The notes under the pieces were generated by a model. The model was given only the letters and a program-made list of their open reading frames with translations, was not told where the DNA came from and ran no database searches. A DNA stretch of 64,000 bases from an uncultured Armatimonadia bacterium. Its GTDB lineage: Bacteria > Armatimonadota > Zipacnadia > CAVVLO01. A program made the translations under genes and the position numbers. Each line of letters opens with the position of its first letter. Positions within the stretch are counted from its first letter, which is position 1. Location of the stretch: assembly GCA_963749155.1 (NCBI GenBank), contig CAVVLO010000001.1, positions 576,001-640,000 of the forward strand. Direction: 5' to 3'. Below, piece after piece: positions 48,348-57,651 of this stretch.

Positions 48348-49127
48348 GTGAAGCTCAAGCGACTCTGGATCCAGATCGGAAGCGCTATCGTCCTCAATAG
48401 TTATTTCCTGGCTCCCTGGCTCAAGGGCTTCCCCTGTCCGGCGCTTAATTGTTATGCCTGTCCGCTTGCCATCACAGCTTGCCCAATCGGAAGCCTGCAA
48501 TTTTTTTGGGGCCAGTTACACATCATCCCCTTTTACGTTTTGGGGGTCACGATTCTGGCCGCGCTGGCTTTGGGTAGAGGCTGGTGTGGTTGGGTTTGTC
48601 CCTTTGGCCTGGTGCAGGATTTACTCGCGCGCATCCGGGGAAACCGCATCATACGGCATATCCCTGCCTGGGCTGGGGCTATCAAGTATGTGATGCTCTT
48701 CGGAGTCGCAGGCTTTGGCGCCTGGTATTTGGGTGAGCCAGTCTTCTGCAAGCTCTGTCCAGCGGGAAGCCTCGAGGCAGGAATACCACAGGTATTGCTG
48801 GATGAACGGCTGCAACAACAGATTGGGCCTTTCTACTTCGCAAAGTTAGGATTATTGGCAGTAGTGCTGCTTGCGTCGGTCTATGTTTCAAGGTTCTTCT
48901 GCCAGGTAATTTGCCCGCTTGGGGCGCTATTTTCGCTCTTCAACAAGCTGGCGCTCTTCCAGATAAAGCTGGACGACAGCGCCTGCAAGAGCTGTGGTGT
49001 CTGTGCGAAACGCTTCTGTCCTGTAGGCCTGAAAGCCGAGACAGAAGCCAATAACACCGCCTGCATCAAATGTGGAGAATGCCAAAAATGTCCCACCGAA
49101 GCGGTTACAACTGGCATCGATTTCTAG
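48348..49127 (+). CDS. Membrane 4Fe-4S binding protein (NapH/MauN-like)
   Basis: CPALNCYACP, CGWVCPFG, FCKLCPAG, CQVICPLG and two ferredoxin-type Cys motifs. Confidence 0.9.
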   Translation: MKLKRLWIQIGSAIVLNSYFLAPWLKGFPCPALNCYACPLAITACPIGSLQFFWGQLHIIPFYVLGVTILAALALGRGWCGWVCPFGLVQDLLARIRGNRIIRHIPAWAGAIKYVMLFGVAGFGAWYLGEPVFCKLCPAGSLEAGIPQVLLDERLQQQIGPFYFAKLGLLAVVLLASVYVSRFFCQVICPLGALFSLFNKLALFQIKLDDSACKSCGVCAKRFCPVGLKAETEANNTACIKCGECQKCPTEAVTTGIDF

Positions 49128-49198
49128 AGGCAGGGAAGCGCTTTCCTAGCTCGAACAACCAGTATGTCCGAGAAAATTGGTAAAGTGAGGGAACCCAG

Positions 49199-50035
49199 AT
49201 GATCCTTATGCACGCCTACACTTATCGCGCCTACGATTTTGAGCGCGCGGTGCGCAAGTCCGTCGAGTTCGGCTATGACGGAGTCGAGTTGGTCGGCTCC
49301 CACTACCGGATAGACCATCTCAAAGAAGACGTCGCCTCGATGGACGAGATCCTGAATCGTCATGGTCAGCGGGCGCATGTCGCCACTTTTGGCGCCAATA
49401 TGCTCGTGAAAGATGCCGAGCAGCGCAAGGCCAACCTGGTGCTCTGGGAGAACGCCATTAAGGCCTTCTCGGCCATTGGGGTCGGTCAACTCAACGGCGG
49501 CGTCGGCCAGCTCTACAACGAAGACCCCACCAAAAGTGGCTCTGCGATGGCCACGGAGGAGGATTACGCCCTGGCTGTCGAGGGACTCAATCACCTCGTC
49601 CCGATGCTGCGCGACTATGGGATGACGATGTCGCTGGAAATCCATATGCACACCATCCACGACTGTGCTGTGGCGACGAAGAAGCTGCTGGATATGGTAG
49701 GCGCAATTGACACCATCTACGCCTGCCCTGATCCAGGTAATATGTATTCAACGCCGCACGCCGAACCTGCCCATGAGGCCGTCGCTATGCTCGAGGGGTA
49801 TATCGGCTATTTCCACGCCAAGAACTGCATCAAGATCGGCCCCCATTACGATTATTCGACGACACTGGCCGATGGGAACGTGGACTGGTTCAAAGTGATG
49901 AGCGCACTCAAAGCAACGGGCTTCAAGGGCGCTATCTGCGAGGAGTACTGCGGCGCTGGCGACCCGAGTATCGCCGCGCAGTCGGATATCCGCTATCTGA
50001 AGAGCCTGCTGGACGAGTTGGAGTACGACCTCTAG
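49199..50035 (+). CDS. Sugar phosphate isomerase/epimerase (TIM barrel)
   Basis: GYDGVEL, LEIH, DPGN, HAKN and EEY motifs. Confidence 0.85.
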   Translation: MILMHAYTYRAYDFERAVRKSVEFGYDGVELVGSHYRIDHLKEDVASMDEILNRHGQRAHVATFGANMLVKDAEQRKANLVLWENAIKAFSAIGVGQLNGGVGQLYNEDPTKSGSAMATEEDYALAVEGLNHLVPMLRDYGMTMSLEIHMHTIHDCAVATKKLLDMVGAIDTIYACPDPGNMYSTPHAEPAHEAVAMLEGYIGYFHAKNCIKIGPHYDYSTTLADGNVDWFKVMSALKATGFKGAICEEYCGAGDPSIAAQSDIRYLKSLLDELEYDL

Positions 50036-50169
50036 TGCAGTGCAGGCGCTGCAAGACTGCGATGAAGGAAGATACTCGCAGTCATCACAAGAAGCGCAAA
50101 TGGATTTGCCCAAAATGCGGGGCGGTCCGTATGCAGGTAAATCTGAAGCGACCAAGGGGAGGGGCCTGA
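50035..50169 (+). CDS. 44-aa basic zinc-ribbon microprotein, not in the ORF track
   Basis: GTG overlaps the upstream TAG; MQCRRCKTAMKEDTRSHHKKRKWICPKCGAVRMQVNLKRPRGGA has CxxC-x18-CPxCG. Confidence 0.7.
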   Translation: MQCRRCKTAMKEDTRSHHKKRKWICPKCGAVRMQVNLKRPRGGA

Positions 50170-50190
50170 GGGCCTCTCCCTTCGCTTCAG
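50143..50190. other. Long imperfect hairpin
   Basis: CTGAAGCGA / TCGCTTCAG outer stem with inner AGGGGAGGGGCC / GGCCTCTCCCT stem. Confidence 0.6.
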
Positions 50191-50249
50191 GGGTAGCGCA
50201 GGCGCCTCCTTCCTGCTAAGCTGAACGCTTTATAGATAAGGGGCGCGGT

Positions 50250-51168
50250 ATGGGCGACACACTGCTTGGGCTAATCTACGTCATCGCATCAACCATATTC
50301 TTCGGGATGTACGTCACGCCGCGCAAGCACTCGCAGCTTGCCAACGCGCCATATTTTTTCGGGATGGGCCTTGGGCTGCTGGTATGCACGGTCGGCAGTG
50401 CCATCGCAGCAGGCCAGTTCGGCCCCGAGACGCTGAAATACTGGCATCTGGGCCTTATCGGGGGGAGCCTCTGGACAATCGGCACAGGCTGTATGATTGC
50501 CGCAGTGCCCCTGATTGGTGTTTCTCGTGCCATCCCTGTCAAAAATACTACAGGCGTTTTAGGGGTATTCATCGGTGTCCTGATGTTTGGAGAGTTGCTC
50601 GGACATGGCCCCTTGCCGCCACTGCTGGCCCTGGCAGGATCTATCCTGATAGTCGTTTCGCCGCTCTTCTTCGCGCGCACAATGAAGACCGACGAGCAAG
50701 TAAAGCCTGAAAACATTCGCCCGGGAATCCTCTATGCAATCGGCGCTTGCCTGGCTTATGCCGTCTACAGCATCGCCATCAAGCAGGCAGATGCCTCGGG
50801 TTGCCCGCCAATAGGCTATGTTGGCCTGGTCGGCGCTGGCGCCTTCGTTACCATCGTGGCCTGGTCAATCTGGATGCGAGGCAGTGCCGGTATGGGTAGG
50901 GGCTTCGCTGAAGGAGAAGTGGCTTGGCATACTTGGCGGCATGATCTGGGCGGGAGCGACTTTCTTTCTGTTCCTGGCGGTCTCGAAGCTTGGACTGGCT
51001 ATCTCGTGGTCTTTCATCCAGGCCAATAGCCTTGCCGCTGTAGGCTACAGCGTGTTCGCGCTCAGCGAAATCAAGCTGCGCCATCACCTGTCCGACGTGA
51101 TTCTGGGAGCAGGCACCGTGCTGCTTGGCGTGGTGCTGCTTGGGCTGGCCAGAGTGCTCGGAGGCTAA
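50250..51168 (+). CDS. DMT-superfamily (GRP/glucose-uptake-like) transporter, +1 frameshift at ~50875-50910
   Basis: FFGMYVTPRK, GGSLWTIG and IGVSRAIP; the second-repeat helices (GILGGMIWAG, LGLAISW) continue in the next frame. Confidence 0.78.
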
Positions 51169-51710
51169 AGCCCCGAATCAGCTCCTGTTTCGATCTCCGC
51201 CTCGATAAGTTTGGCTCGTTCGGTCTCTACTGCTACCGCGGCTTCAGCTGCCCTTACTCTGAGCTGGAGTGCTCGCACTGCTGAACGCTGGGTATCGCGC
51301 TGGGCTTCGACCTCGCGTCTGGAGGTGCGGGTAGTGTTTATGTCGGCTTTGGCAGCTTCAAGCAAACGTTGCTGAACTTCCAACTCGGCCTTTATCAGGC
51401 GGTTTCCGTGCTTGTGGACTGCTCCTGGCAATTCTTTGCGACCGTTGAAGACCTTCTCCTGAGCATGCAAAGAGGCAATCTGGGCTTCCTGCTCGCGGAC
51501 TAAAGCTTCTGCGGTGGCGAGTTCGCTCGCAAATCCTGCAATTCTCTGCTCTAGCGCCATCAACTGAGTTTGGGCTGCTTCGAGCTGGCTTTTGGCTTCA
51601 TCCAACCGCTGGGCGGCAGGAGAGGCCTGTGTAATCGCATCCTGCTTGCCGCAAGAAGCTAAACAAAACGCCACCATTAAAGCTATCAGCACCGCAAAGA
51701 GCGCGCGCAC
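51165..51710 (-). CDS. Coiled-coil lipoprotein
   Basis: Lipobox LASC after a hydrophobic signal; A/E/Q/R-rich heptad-like body. Confidence 0.72.
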   Translation of the reverse strand: MRALFAVLIALMVAFCLASCGKQDAITQASPAAQRLDEAKSQLEAAQTQLMALEQRIAGFASELATAEALVREQEAQIASLHAQEKVFNGRKELPGAVHKHGNRLIKAELEVQQRLLEAAKADINTTRTSRREVEAQRDTQRSAVRALQLRVRAAEAAVAVETERAKLIEAEIETGADSGL

Positions 51711-52165
51711 TACCCCTCGCCCCCCCGGTCTGTCTTGTCACCGTAGTGGACACTTACCTTACCGACTTTTAGCGCCAGGCCGAGTAGAAGCACAAGCAAA
51801 GCGCCGCAGACGAAACCCGTCAGTAAAGCGCTCGTTGTTGTAGTTGCGCTTGTACTCCACAGGAATTGCAGGTAGCTGATCTCATCACGATTGGCAAGCA
51901 GCAGCAACAAGAATATGATCAGCACGAGCGCAGCCCCAATCAAGCTGGCTTTACCGAACAGAGCCTTGCGCATGCCCATCCGTTTTACGCCGACGGCGGA
52001 AGTCGGTTGCACCGGCGCGCTCAGGGTTATCTCAGGTTCAGGCTCTGCAGATGGGGCGGTTGGAGCAGGCTCGGTAGGCGCCGTAGGTGTTGATTCTGGC
52101 GCAGTTGTCGGCCAAACATCGTGCTTTGCTTCTTGCTCCTGGCTTTCAGGGCGCTCTTCGTCCAT
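51710..52165 (-). CDS. Two-TM membrane protein with P/T/E-rich N-terminus (LapA/DUF1049-like)
   Basis: TM-ANRDEISYLQFLW-TM pattern; AGGAGG SD. Confidence 0.65.
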   Translation of the reverse strand: MDEERPESQEQEAKHDVWPTTAPESTPTAPTEPAPTAPSAEPEPEITLSAPVQPTSAVGVKRMGMRKALFGKASLIGAALVLIIFLLLLLANRDEISYLQFLWSTSATTTTSALLTGFVCGALLVLLLGLALKVGKVSVHYGDKTDRGGEG

Positions 52166-52191
52166 TGGGCCACCTCCTGGCTGTCTGCTCC

Positions 52192-52200
52192 ATTATAACA
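52192..52200 (-). promoter_or_regulatory. Extended -10 promoter for the minus-strand pair
   Basis: Minus strand TGTTATAAT. Confidence 0.65.
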
Positions 52201-52211
52201 CTGGAGCCTTT

Positions 52212-52241
52212 TTGACATGCCGTTTACCGCGCTTCTATAAT
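52212..52241 (+). promoter_or_regulatory. Sigma70 promoter for the folE2 unit
   Basis: TTGACA-N18-TATAAT. Confidence 0.75.
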
Positions 52242-52307
52242 CGAAGCAGGCTCCTTGGTAATCTTTCTCCAAAATACCCTGGAGTTCCTCCAGGATGGGG
52301 TGAGCAC

Positions 52308-53105
52308 TTGAAGGATGTGGCCGCAATGGCCGATGACCGCGGGCTGTCTATCCAGCGAGTGGGGCTGCGCAAGCTTCACCTGCCGCTGCTTGTGCTTCGG
52401 AAGGAGGGCGGTTATCAGCCTGTCCTGACAGAACTCGATATCGCCGCCGACCTTTCGATGGAAGAACGGGGAAGCCACCTGTCCCGGTTTGTCGAGATTC
52501 TGAATGAGTGGCGCGAGAGGGCCATTTCGGAGCGCGAGATGGAAGCCGCACTGCACCTGGTGCGCGAACGCTTGCAGGCCTCTTCTGCCCAGCTCGAATT
52601 GCGTTTCAAATACTTTATCGAAAAGACGGCGCCCATATCCGGGGGTAAAAGCTTGCTTGATTACAACACCCTTTTTAGCGCACACCTTTCTGAAACGGAT
52701 TTCGACTTCATCCTGGGCGTCGAAGTGCCCGCTGTTTCAGTTTGTCCGTGCAGCAAGGAGATAAGCGATTATGGCGCGCATGGCCAGCGCGGCAATGTGC
52801 GCGTGCAGATACGCTATTCCAGTGAGATATTTTGGCTCGAAGACCTGGTAAATCTGGTAGAAGCCCAGCTTTCGGCACCGGTCTATCCGTTACTCAAGCG
52901 CGAAGATGAGAAATACATCACCGAGTGCTCATATGAACGCGCGAAATTCGTCGAGGATGTCGCTCGCGATGTCGTCCTGGCTCTGAAGGCCAGGCCCGAG
53001 ATCACCTGGTTCGAGGTCGAATGCGAGCATTTTGAGTCCATCCATCATCATAGCGCCTATGCGTTCCATTCAGAGCAAGTGGGAGAAGCCAATGAGCAAG
53101 ACTGA
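52308..53105 (+). CDS. folE2: GTP cyclohydrolase IB
   Basis: IQRVG, GSHLSRF, CPCSKEIS..GAHGQR, LKREDEK, FVEDVAR and ESIH motifs; TTG start at 52308. Confidence 0.95.
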   Translation: MKDVAAMADDRGLSIQRVGLRKLHLPLLVLRKEGGYQPVLTELDIAADLSMEERGSHLSRFVEILNEWRERAISEREMEAALHLVRERLQASSAQLELRFKYFIEKTAPISGGKSLLDYNTLFSAHLSETDFDFILGVEVPAVSVCPCSKEISDYGAHGQRGNVRVQIRYSSEIFWLEDLVNLVEAQLSAPVYPLLKREDEKYITECSYERAKFVEDVARDVVLALKARPEITWFEVECEHFESIHHHSAYAFHSEQVGEANEQD

Positions 53106-53256
53106 AAAGTGGGAATGGGTGCTGATCATCTGGTCGGCGCTCTCGCTTATCCCTTTCGCTTATCATTATCGGCCGTCCTGGTATCTGGGTTATCTGATTG
53201 TTGTACTGCTGGCGATGATCTGGATTTCCGTGCAACGCTTTCGGCGAATAAAGTGA
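53092..53256 (+). CDS. Small two-TM membrane protein (54 aa)
   Basis: ATG after GGGAG, overlaps the folE2 end; two hydrophobic segments and a basic C-terminus. Confidence 0.65.
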   Translation: MSKTEKWEWVLIIWSALSLIPFAYHYRPSWYLGYLIVVLLAMIWISVQRFRRIK

Positions 53257-53294
53257 ATAACCACTGAAGCACCTATATCCTCGGAGGAATCAGA

Positions 53295-54539
53295 ATGGCA
53301 GAATTGGCGTTGCTTGGCGGCCAGCCAGTAGCTGGCGGCGATGCAAGTTTCCCCGTGTGGCCGCAGATAGAAGACTCTGACCGGTCGCTCTTGCTTGAAG
53401 CTTTTGACTCGCGTGGCTGGGGCATCGGCGGTCGTTATACAGAGGATTTCGTAAAAGCCTTCTGTGATTTTCAAGGCGTGAAATATGGCACCGCTTGTTG
53501 CAACGGCACACTGGCAATCGAGATAGCCCTCGAGGCCGCGGGGCTCGAGGCTGGCGATGAGGTGATAATGCCGGCCTATACCTTTATGGCGACCGCCACA
53601 GCAGTCCTCGGTCTTAAAGGCGTGCCCGTTTTCGCGGACATCGAGCCAGGCACCTGGAACCTTGATCCAGTCGCCGCAGAGGCAGCCATCACTGACCGGA
53701 CCCGGTTCATAATGCCGGTTCATATCGGGGGACGTCCTGCGAATATGACCGCCCTTACCGCCCTTGCCGAGGCGCACGGGCTAAAGCTGATTGAGGACGC
53801 CGCCCAGGCCCATGGCGCGGCCTGGGAAGGCAAAGGGGCTGGCGCCTGGGGAGGCCTTGGCACCTTCAGCTTCCAGTCGTCGAAGAATCTCAATTGTGGT
53901 GAGGGCGGCTTCGTAGCGACTGACAACGAAGAGCTTTATTATCGCGCGCTCAGCTATCATAACTGCGGGCGCGTACCCGCAGGCGCCTGGTACCAGCACG
54001 ATAACTATGGCCAGAACCTGCGCCTCTCGCAGCTTCAAGCGGCTGTGCTGCTGGGGCAGCTTTCGCGTCTGCCCGAGCAGTTCGCTACTCGCCAGTCCAA
54101 CTGGGAGTTGCTGATGAAGCTACTCGCCGAGGTGCCTGGTATCAGCCTGGAGCAAGACGATCCTCGTGTAACCAGACACGCGCATCATCTGTTTATCATC
54201 AGGCTGGATCCAAACCACTTCGAAGGGCTTACCAAGGCCCAGGTTTCCAAGGCGCTTTTTGCCGAAGGAGTGCCTTTCTCGCCCGGCTACAGCACGCCCA
54301 TGTACCGCGAACCCTGGATGCTGCGCTATGCCGAAGATAAAGCCGTTGCGGCTCTCGCAAGGCCTGAAGCGCTGGCATACGAGGCCTATTGCCTGCCCGA
54401 GGTCGAAGCAGCTTGCACCTGGAATATCTGGACTTTCCAGAAGATGCTGCTGGGGACGGCTGCTCAGATGCAGGGGATCGCTGACGCGGTGACGAAAGTT
54501 GCCACGAACGTTGAGGCGCTGCGTAAACATTTTGCTTAG
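53295..54539 (+). CDS. DegT/DnrJ/EryC1/StrS PLP aminotransferase (AHBA-synthase-like)
   Basis: NGTLAI, PAYTFMAT, EDAAQAHG and FSFQSSKNLNCGEGG. Confidence 0.93.
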   Translation: MAELALLGGQPVAGGDASFPVWPQIEDSDRSLLLEAFDSRGWGIGGRYTEDFVKAFCDFQGVKYGTACCNGTLAIEIALEAAGLEAGDEVIMPAYTFMATATAVLGLKGVPVFADIEPGTWNLDPVAAEAAITDRTRFIMPVHIGGRPANMTALTALAEAHGLKLIEDAAQAHGAAWEGKGAGAWGGLGTFSFQSSKNLNCGEGGFVATDNEELYYRALSYHNCGRVPAGAWYQHDNYGQNLRLSQLQAAVLLGQLSRLPEQFATRQSNWELLMKLLAEVPGISLEQDDPRVTRHAHHLFIIRLDPNHFEGLTKAQVSKALFAEGVPFSPGYSTPMYREPWMLRYAEDKAVAALARPEALAYEAYCLPEVEAACTWNIWTFQKMLLGTAAQMQGIADAVTKVATNVEALRKHFA

Positions 54540-54562
54540 GAGCGCGGCGCCAGGAGGTTCTT

Positions 54563-57500
54563 ATGCGTCAACTCCTGGTGATTGCGTTGGTTCTTACAGG
54601 ACTCGGCTCCCTGCTCTCCGCGCAGGCAGCCGAGTTCTTGCTTTGGCCTAATTCTGAGGGGGCTTACTGGACTTCTCATCGCACTGAGGAGCGAGTGAAT
54701 ACCGAGTTCAGCCACTATGCCCTCACTACCAACCAGGAAGGCGCTGCCATCTGGCAGTTTGGTCGCCAGCCTGGCCAGCCTAACTTCGCGGACACTTTTC
54801 TTGACATCAAAATCGAGCGTCCCTTCAGCGAGCTTGGGGTAACTTTCCGTCTTCAGGGGGCGCCAATCACGCTGGCGATGAAAGTGCGCGATGCGGGCGG
54901 GGCGGAATATGCGCATACTTTTGGCCCCATCCAGCCTGCAGAGGACGCCCAGACCGTAACGATGGGCTTCGATGAGCTCGAATTTACCACCTGGGGTGGC
55001 CCTGAATTCGACAACCGGATTACCTTCCCCCTCACCTCACTTGCCATCATTGCCTTTGAGGTCCCAGAAAATCAGCCTGTTGAGCTCACTCTCGAGCGGA
55101 TCTGGCTTGAACCCATGCCGGCTCCCCTGGGAGAGCTGACGGGCTTCGAGTTGCCTTCCAGCCTTGAGCCAGGCCAGGTGGTGCCGCTCGCTGGCAAGCT
55201 GAAGCTACTGACTGGCTGGCCTTTCCTGTCTACGCTTAAAATCCAGCTCCAGGGGCCAAACGGGTCGGTGTTCGGTACCGAGCTTGCTGCGACAGCGCCC
55301 GAGTGGCCAGCCGGTACAATCCTCGAATTGAACACTGACCTGACTGTGCCAGCCTATCCCTGGACCGGAGAGTATAAGCCTGCACTGACCCTTGACGGTG
55401 TGCCTATCGAACTAGAATCCGGCGAGTTGCCCCTTGTCTCAATTATCGGCCCCAAAGGAGGAACCCTCGTGGAAGCCGAAGTGAAGCCGCTTGGCGGCAA
55501 TCCAGGACTTTTCGTGAACGGCAAGCCCAGCAGTGGACTGGTCTATATGACCTATAACTTGCAGGCTCAGTATGTACGCCAGTTCGGAGAGCAGGCTGTG
55601 CATCTCTATTCCTTTGCGGCGACGTCGTCTTCCTCCCACTACAACCTGGCCGCCGATGTGTGGCTTGGGCCTGACGAGTGGGATTACAGCCAGCTTGACC
55701 AGCGCATCGAGACCATCCTCGAACAGGATCCTGAGGCGTATATTTTCCCGCGCGTCTATATCACTTCACCCCGGTGGTGGAATGATCAGCATCCTGAAGA
55801 CCTGGTGCAATCAATGGGACCAGATGATGTGCCGGTGTTGATGCTGGACTCGATGACCAGAGCCGCCCCTTCCTTCGCCTCGAAAGCTTTCCGCGAAGAT
55901 ATGGGTATGGCTCTCAGGCGGTTCATCCAGCATTGCCAGGAAGCCCCCTGGGCCGAACGTATCATCGGTTATCATGTGGCCAGCGGCACCACTGAAGAAT
56001 GGATGTACTGGGGCGCCAACGATGGCAAGTTCTGCGACTATAGTCCTGTCGCTGTGGAAGCCTTCCGCACCTGGCTCACGGCCAAATATGGCACCGATGA
56101 GGCGCTGCAGAAGGCCTGGGGCGATCCTGCGGTCACCCTGGCAACGGCGCAGGTGCCTTCCTACAGCAAGCGCGTTGCCGCCGAAGCGGGAGAGCTGCGT
56201 AATCCGGCTGTTGCCCAGGACTGCGTAGATAACAGTCTCTTCCTCAGCGACATCACGGTGGACACCATCCTCCACTTCGCCCATATCGTGAAGGACGAGA
56301 CCGACGGGAAGGGACTTTTCGGCACCTTCTATGGTTATGTTATGCAGCTTATAGCCGAACCACGTCAGCAGAACGCAGGGCATCTGGCCTTGCAGCGGCT
56401 ATGGAACTCACCCGATCTCGACTTCCTCACCAGCCCGACGAGTTATATGTTCCGTTCGCTCGATGACACCTCTTATGTCCACTTTATGTCGCTGACCGAT
56501 TCGGTGAAGCTGCACAGCAAGCTGTGGATTGACGAGAACGACATCCGCACCTTCAAGCTGGGCGAGGCGCCTGGTTGGGGCTTTACTGACAACTACGAGG
56601 ATACGCTTGCGATGCAGCAGCGCGAGTTCGCCGCAGTGATGGGGGCCTCCTGTGGGATGTGGTGGTTCGACATGGGCGGAGGCTGGTATGACGATGAGCA
56701 GCTGCTGGGCAAGATTGGCGAGATGAACGCTATTGGTGAAGAGTTGAAGCTTCTGCCTCGCGGTGACGTGGACGAGATAGCAGTCGTGGTGGATGATGCC
56801 TCGCTTGCTTACCTGCGAATCAACAATGCCGCCAGCGCCTCTCTGCTCAACCTGCAACTGCCCGAGCTTGGTCGGATCGGCGCACCGCTAGGGTATTACC
56901 ACATCAAGGACCTGCCCAAGCTAGAGCGCCACAAGCTGTTCCTCTTCCTCGACTGTTTCAAGCTGGACAAGGAAGATCTGGCTGCCATCGACCATATTGT
57001 GAAGCAACCTGGGAAGGTTGCCGTTTGGTATTTCGCCCCTGGCCTGATAACGGAGCAAGGCTTCTCCGAGGCCGCGATGCGCAAGCTGACAGGATTGCCT
57101 CTAAGTTACGAGGTAGTGCTGTGTTCGCCGCAACTGGCCTGGACACCCGAAGGCGCCGCCTTGTCGGGTAAGCAGCCTGGCGAGTTGCTTACAGGTGGCC
57201 GCGATTGGCAAAGCCGGGTCACCTGCGAGGCGGAGGTTGGCGAAGTACTGGCAACCTATGCAGGTGGGGGAGGCCCAGGGCTGGTGCTCGAGGAACAGGG
57301 CGGTTTTACCTCGGTGTGGTGTGGCACTGGGCCCTTGCCTGCCCGCCTGCTGCACCAGCTTGCCTTGCGCGCCGGAGTCCATTGCTACGCTCCGCCAGGC
57401 GACCTGCTTTGGGCCAATGAGAGTGTAGTTGGCTTGTGGTCAGCGGCTGGCGGCCCGAAGGAAGTCTCGTTGCCGCACCCCGCCGCCGTGAAGGAACTCT

Positions 57501-57589
57501 TCTCTGGAACTGATTTGGGTGAGGGGACGGTCTTCCAGCTAGAACTGCCTGCCAAGGGTACGGCGCTGCTGCTGATAGAGCCACTGTAG
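54563..57589 (+). CDS. Large secreted glycoside hydrolase, GH42/beta-galactosidase-like, with N-terminal accessory domains
   Basis: Signal peptide; GTTEEW, DYS...FRTWLTAKYGT..ALQKAW, SPTSY, ENDIRT and WWFDM motifs. Confidence 0.72.
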   Translation: MRQLLVIALVLTGLGSLLSAQAAEFLLWPNSEGAYWTSHRTEERVNTEFSHYALTTNQEGAAIWQFGRQPGQPNFADTFLDIKIERPFSELGVTFRLQGAPITLAMKVRDAGGAEYAHTFGPIQPAEDAQTVTMGFDELEFTTWGGPEFDNRITFPLTSLAIIAFEVPENQPVELTLERIWLEPMPAPLGELTGFELPSSLEPGQVVPLAGKLKLLTGWPFLSTLKIQLQGPNGSVFGTELAATAPEWPAGTILELNTDLTVPAYPWTGEYKPALTLDGVPIELESGELPLVSIIGPKGGTLVEAEVKPLGGNPGLFVNGKPSSGLVYMTYNLQAQYVRQFGEQAVHLYSFAATSSSSHYNLAADVWLGPDEWDYSQLDQRIETILEQDPEAYIFPRVYITSPRWWNDQHPEDLVQSMGPDDVPVLMLDSMTRAAPSFASKAFREDMGMALRRFIQHCQEAPWAERIIGYHVASGTTEEWMYWGANDGKFCDYSPVAVEAFRTWLTAKYGTDEALQKAWGDPAVTLATAQVPSYSKRVAAEAGELRNPAVAQDCVDNSLFLSDITVDTILHFAHIVKDETDGKGLFGTFYGYVMQLIAEPRQQNAGHLALQRLWNSPDLDFLTSPTSYMFRSLDDTSYVHFMSLTDSVKLHSKLWIDENDIRTFKLGEAPGWGFTDNYEDTLAMQQREFAAVMGASCGMWWFDMGGGWYDDEQLLGKIGEMNAIGEELKLLPRGDVDEIAVVVDDASLAYLRINNAASASLLNLQLPELGRIGAPLGYYHIKDLPKLERHKLFLFLDCFKLDKEDLAAIDHIVKQPGKVAVWYFAPGLITEQGFSEAAMRKLTGLPLSYEVVLCSPQLAWTPEGAALSGKQPGELLTGGRDWQSRVTCEAEVGEVLATYAGGGGPGLVLEEQGGFTSVWCGTGPLPARLLHQLALRAGVHCYAPPGDLLWANESVVGLWSAAGGPKEVSLPHPAAVKELFSGTDLGEGTVFQLELPAKGTALLLIEPL

Positions 57590-57616
57590 CAACCTTGTTG
57601 CAGGTTTGTGCAAGTT

Positions 57617-57645
57617 TTGACGCCCGAAGCTCGCTCAGGTATAAT
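57617..57645 (+). promoter_or_regulatory. Near-consensus sigma70 promoter, probably leaderless
   Basis: TTGACG-N17-TATAAT; the GTG start begins 7 nt after the -10. Confidence 0.78.
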
Positions 57646-57651
57646 TGGGCC

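Noticed and set aside
50167..50190. Selenocysteine readthrough at the TGA of the zinc-ribbon ORF
   Set aside because: The TGA is in the hairpin loop rather than upstream of a SECIS-like stem, and it is not at a Cys-motif position.
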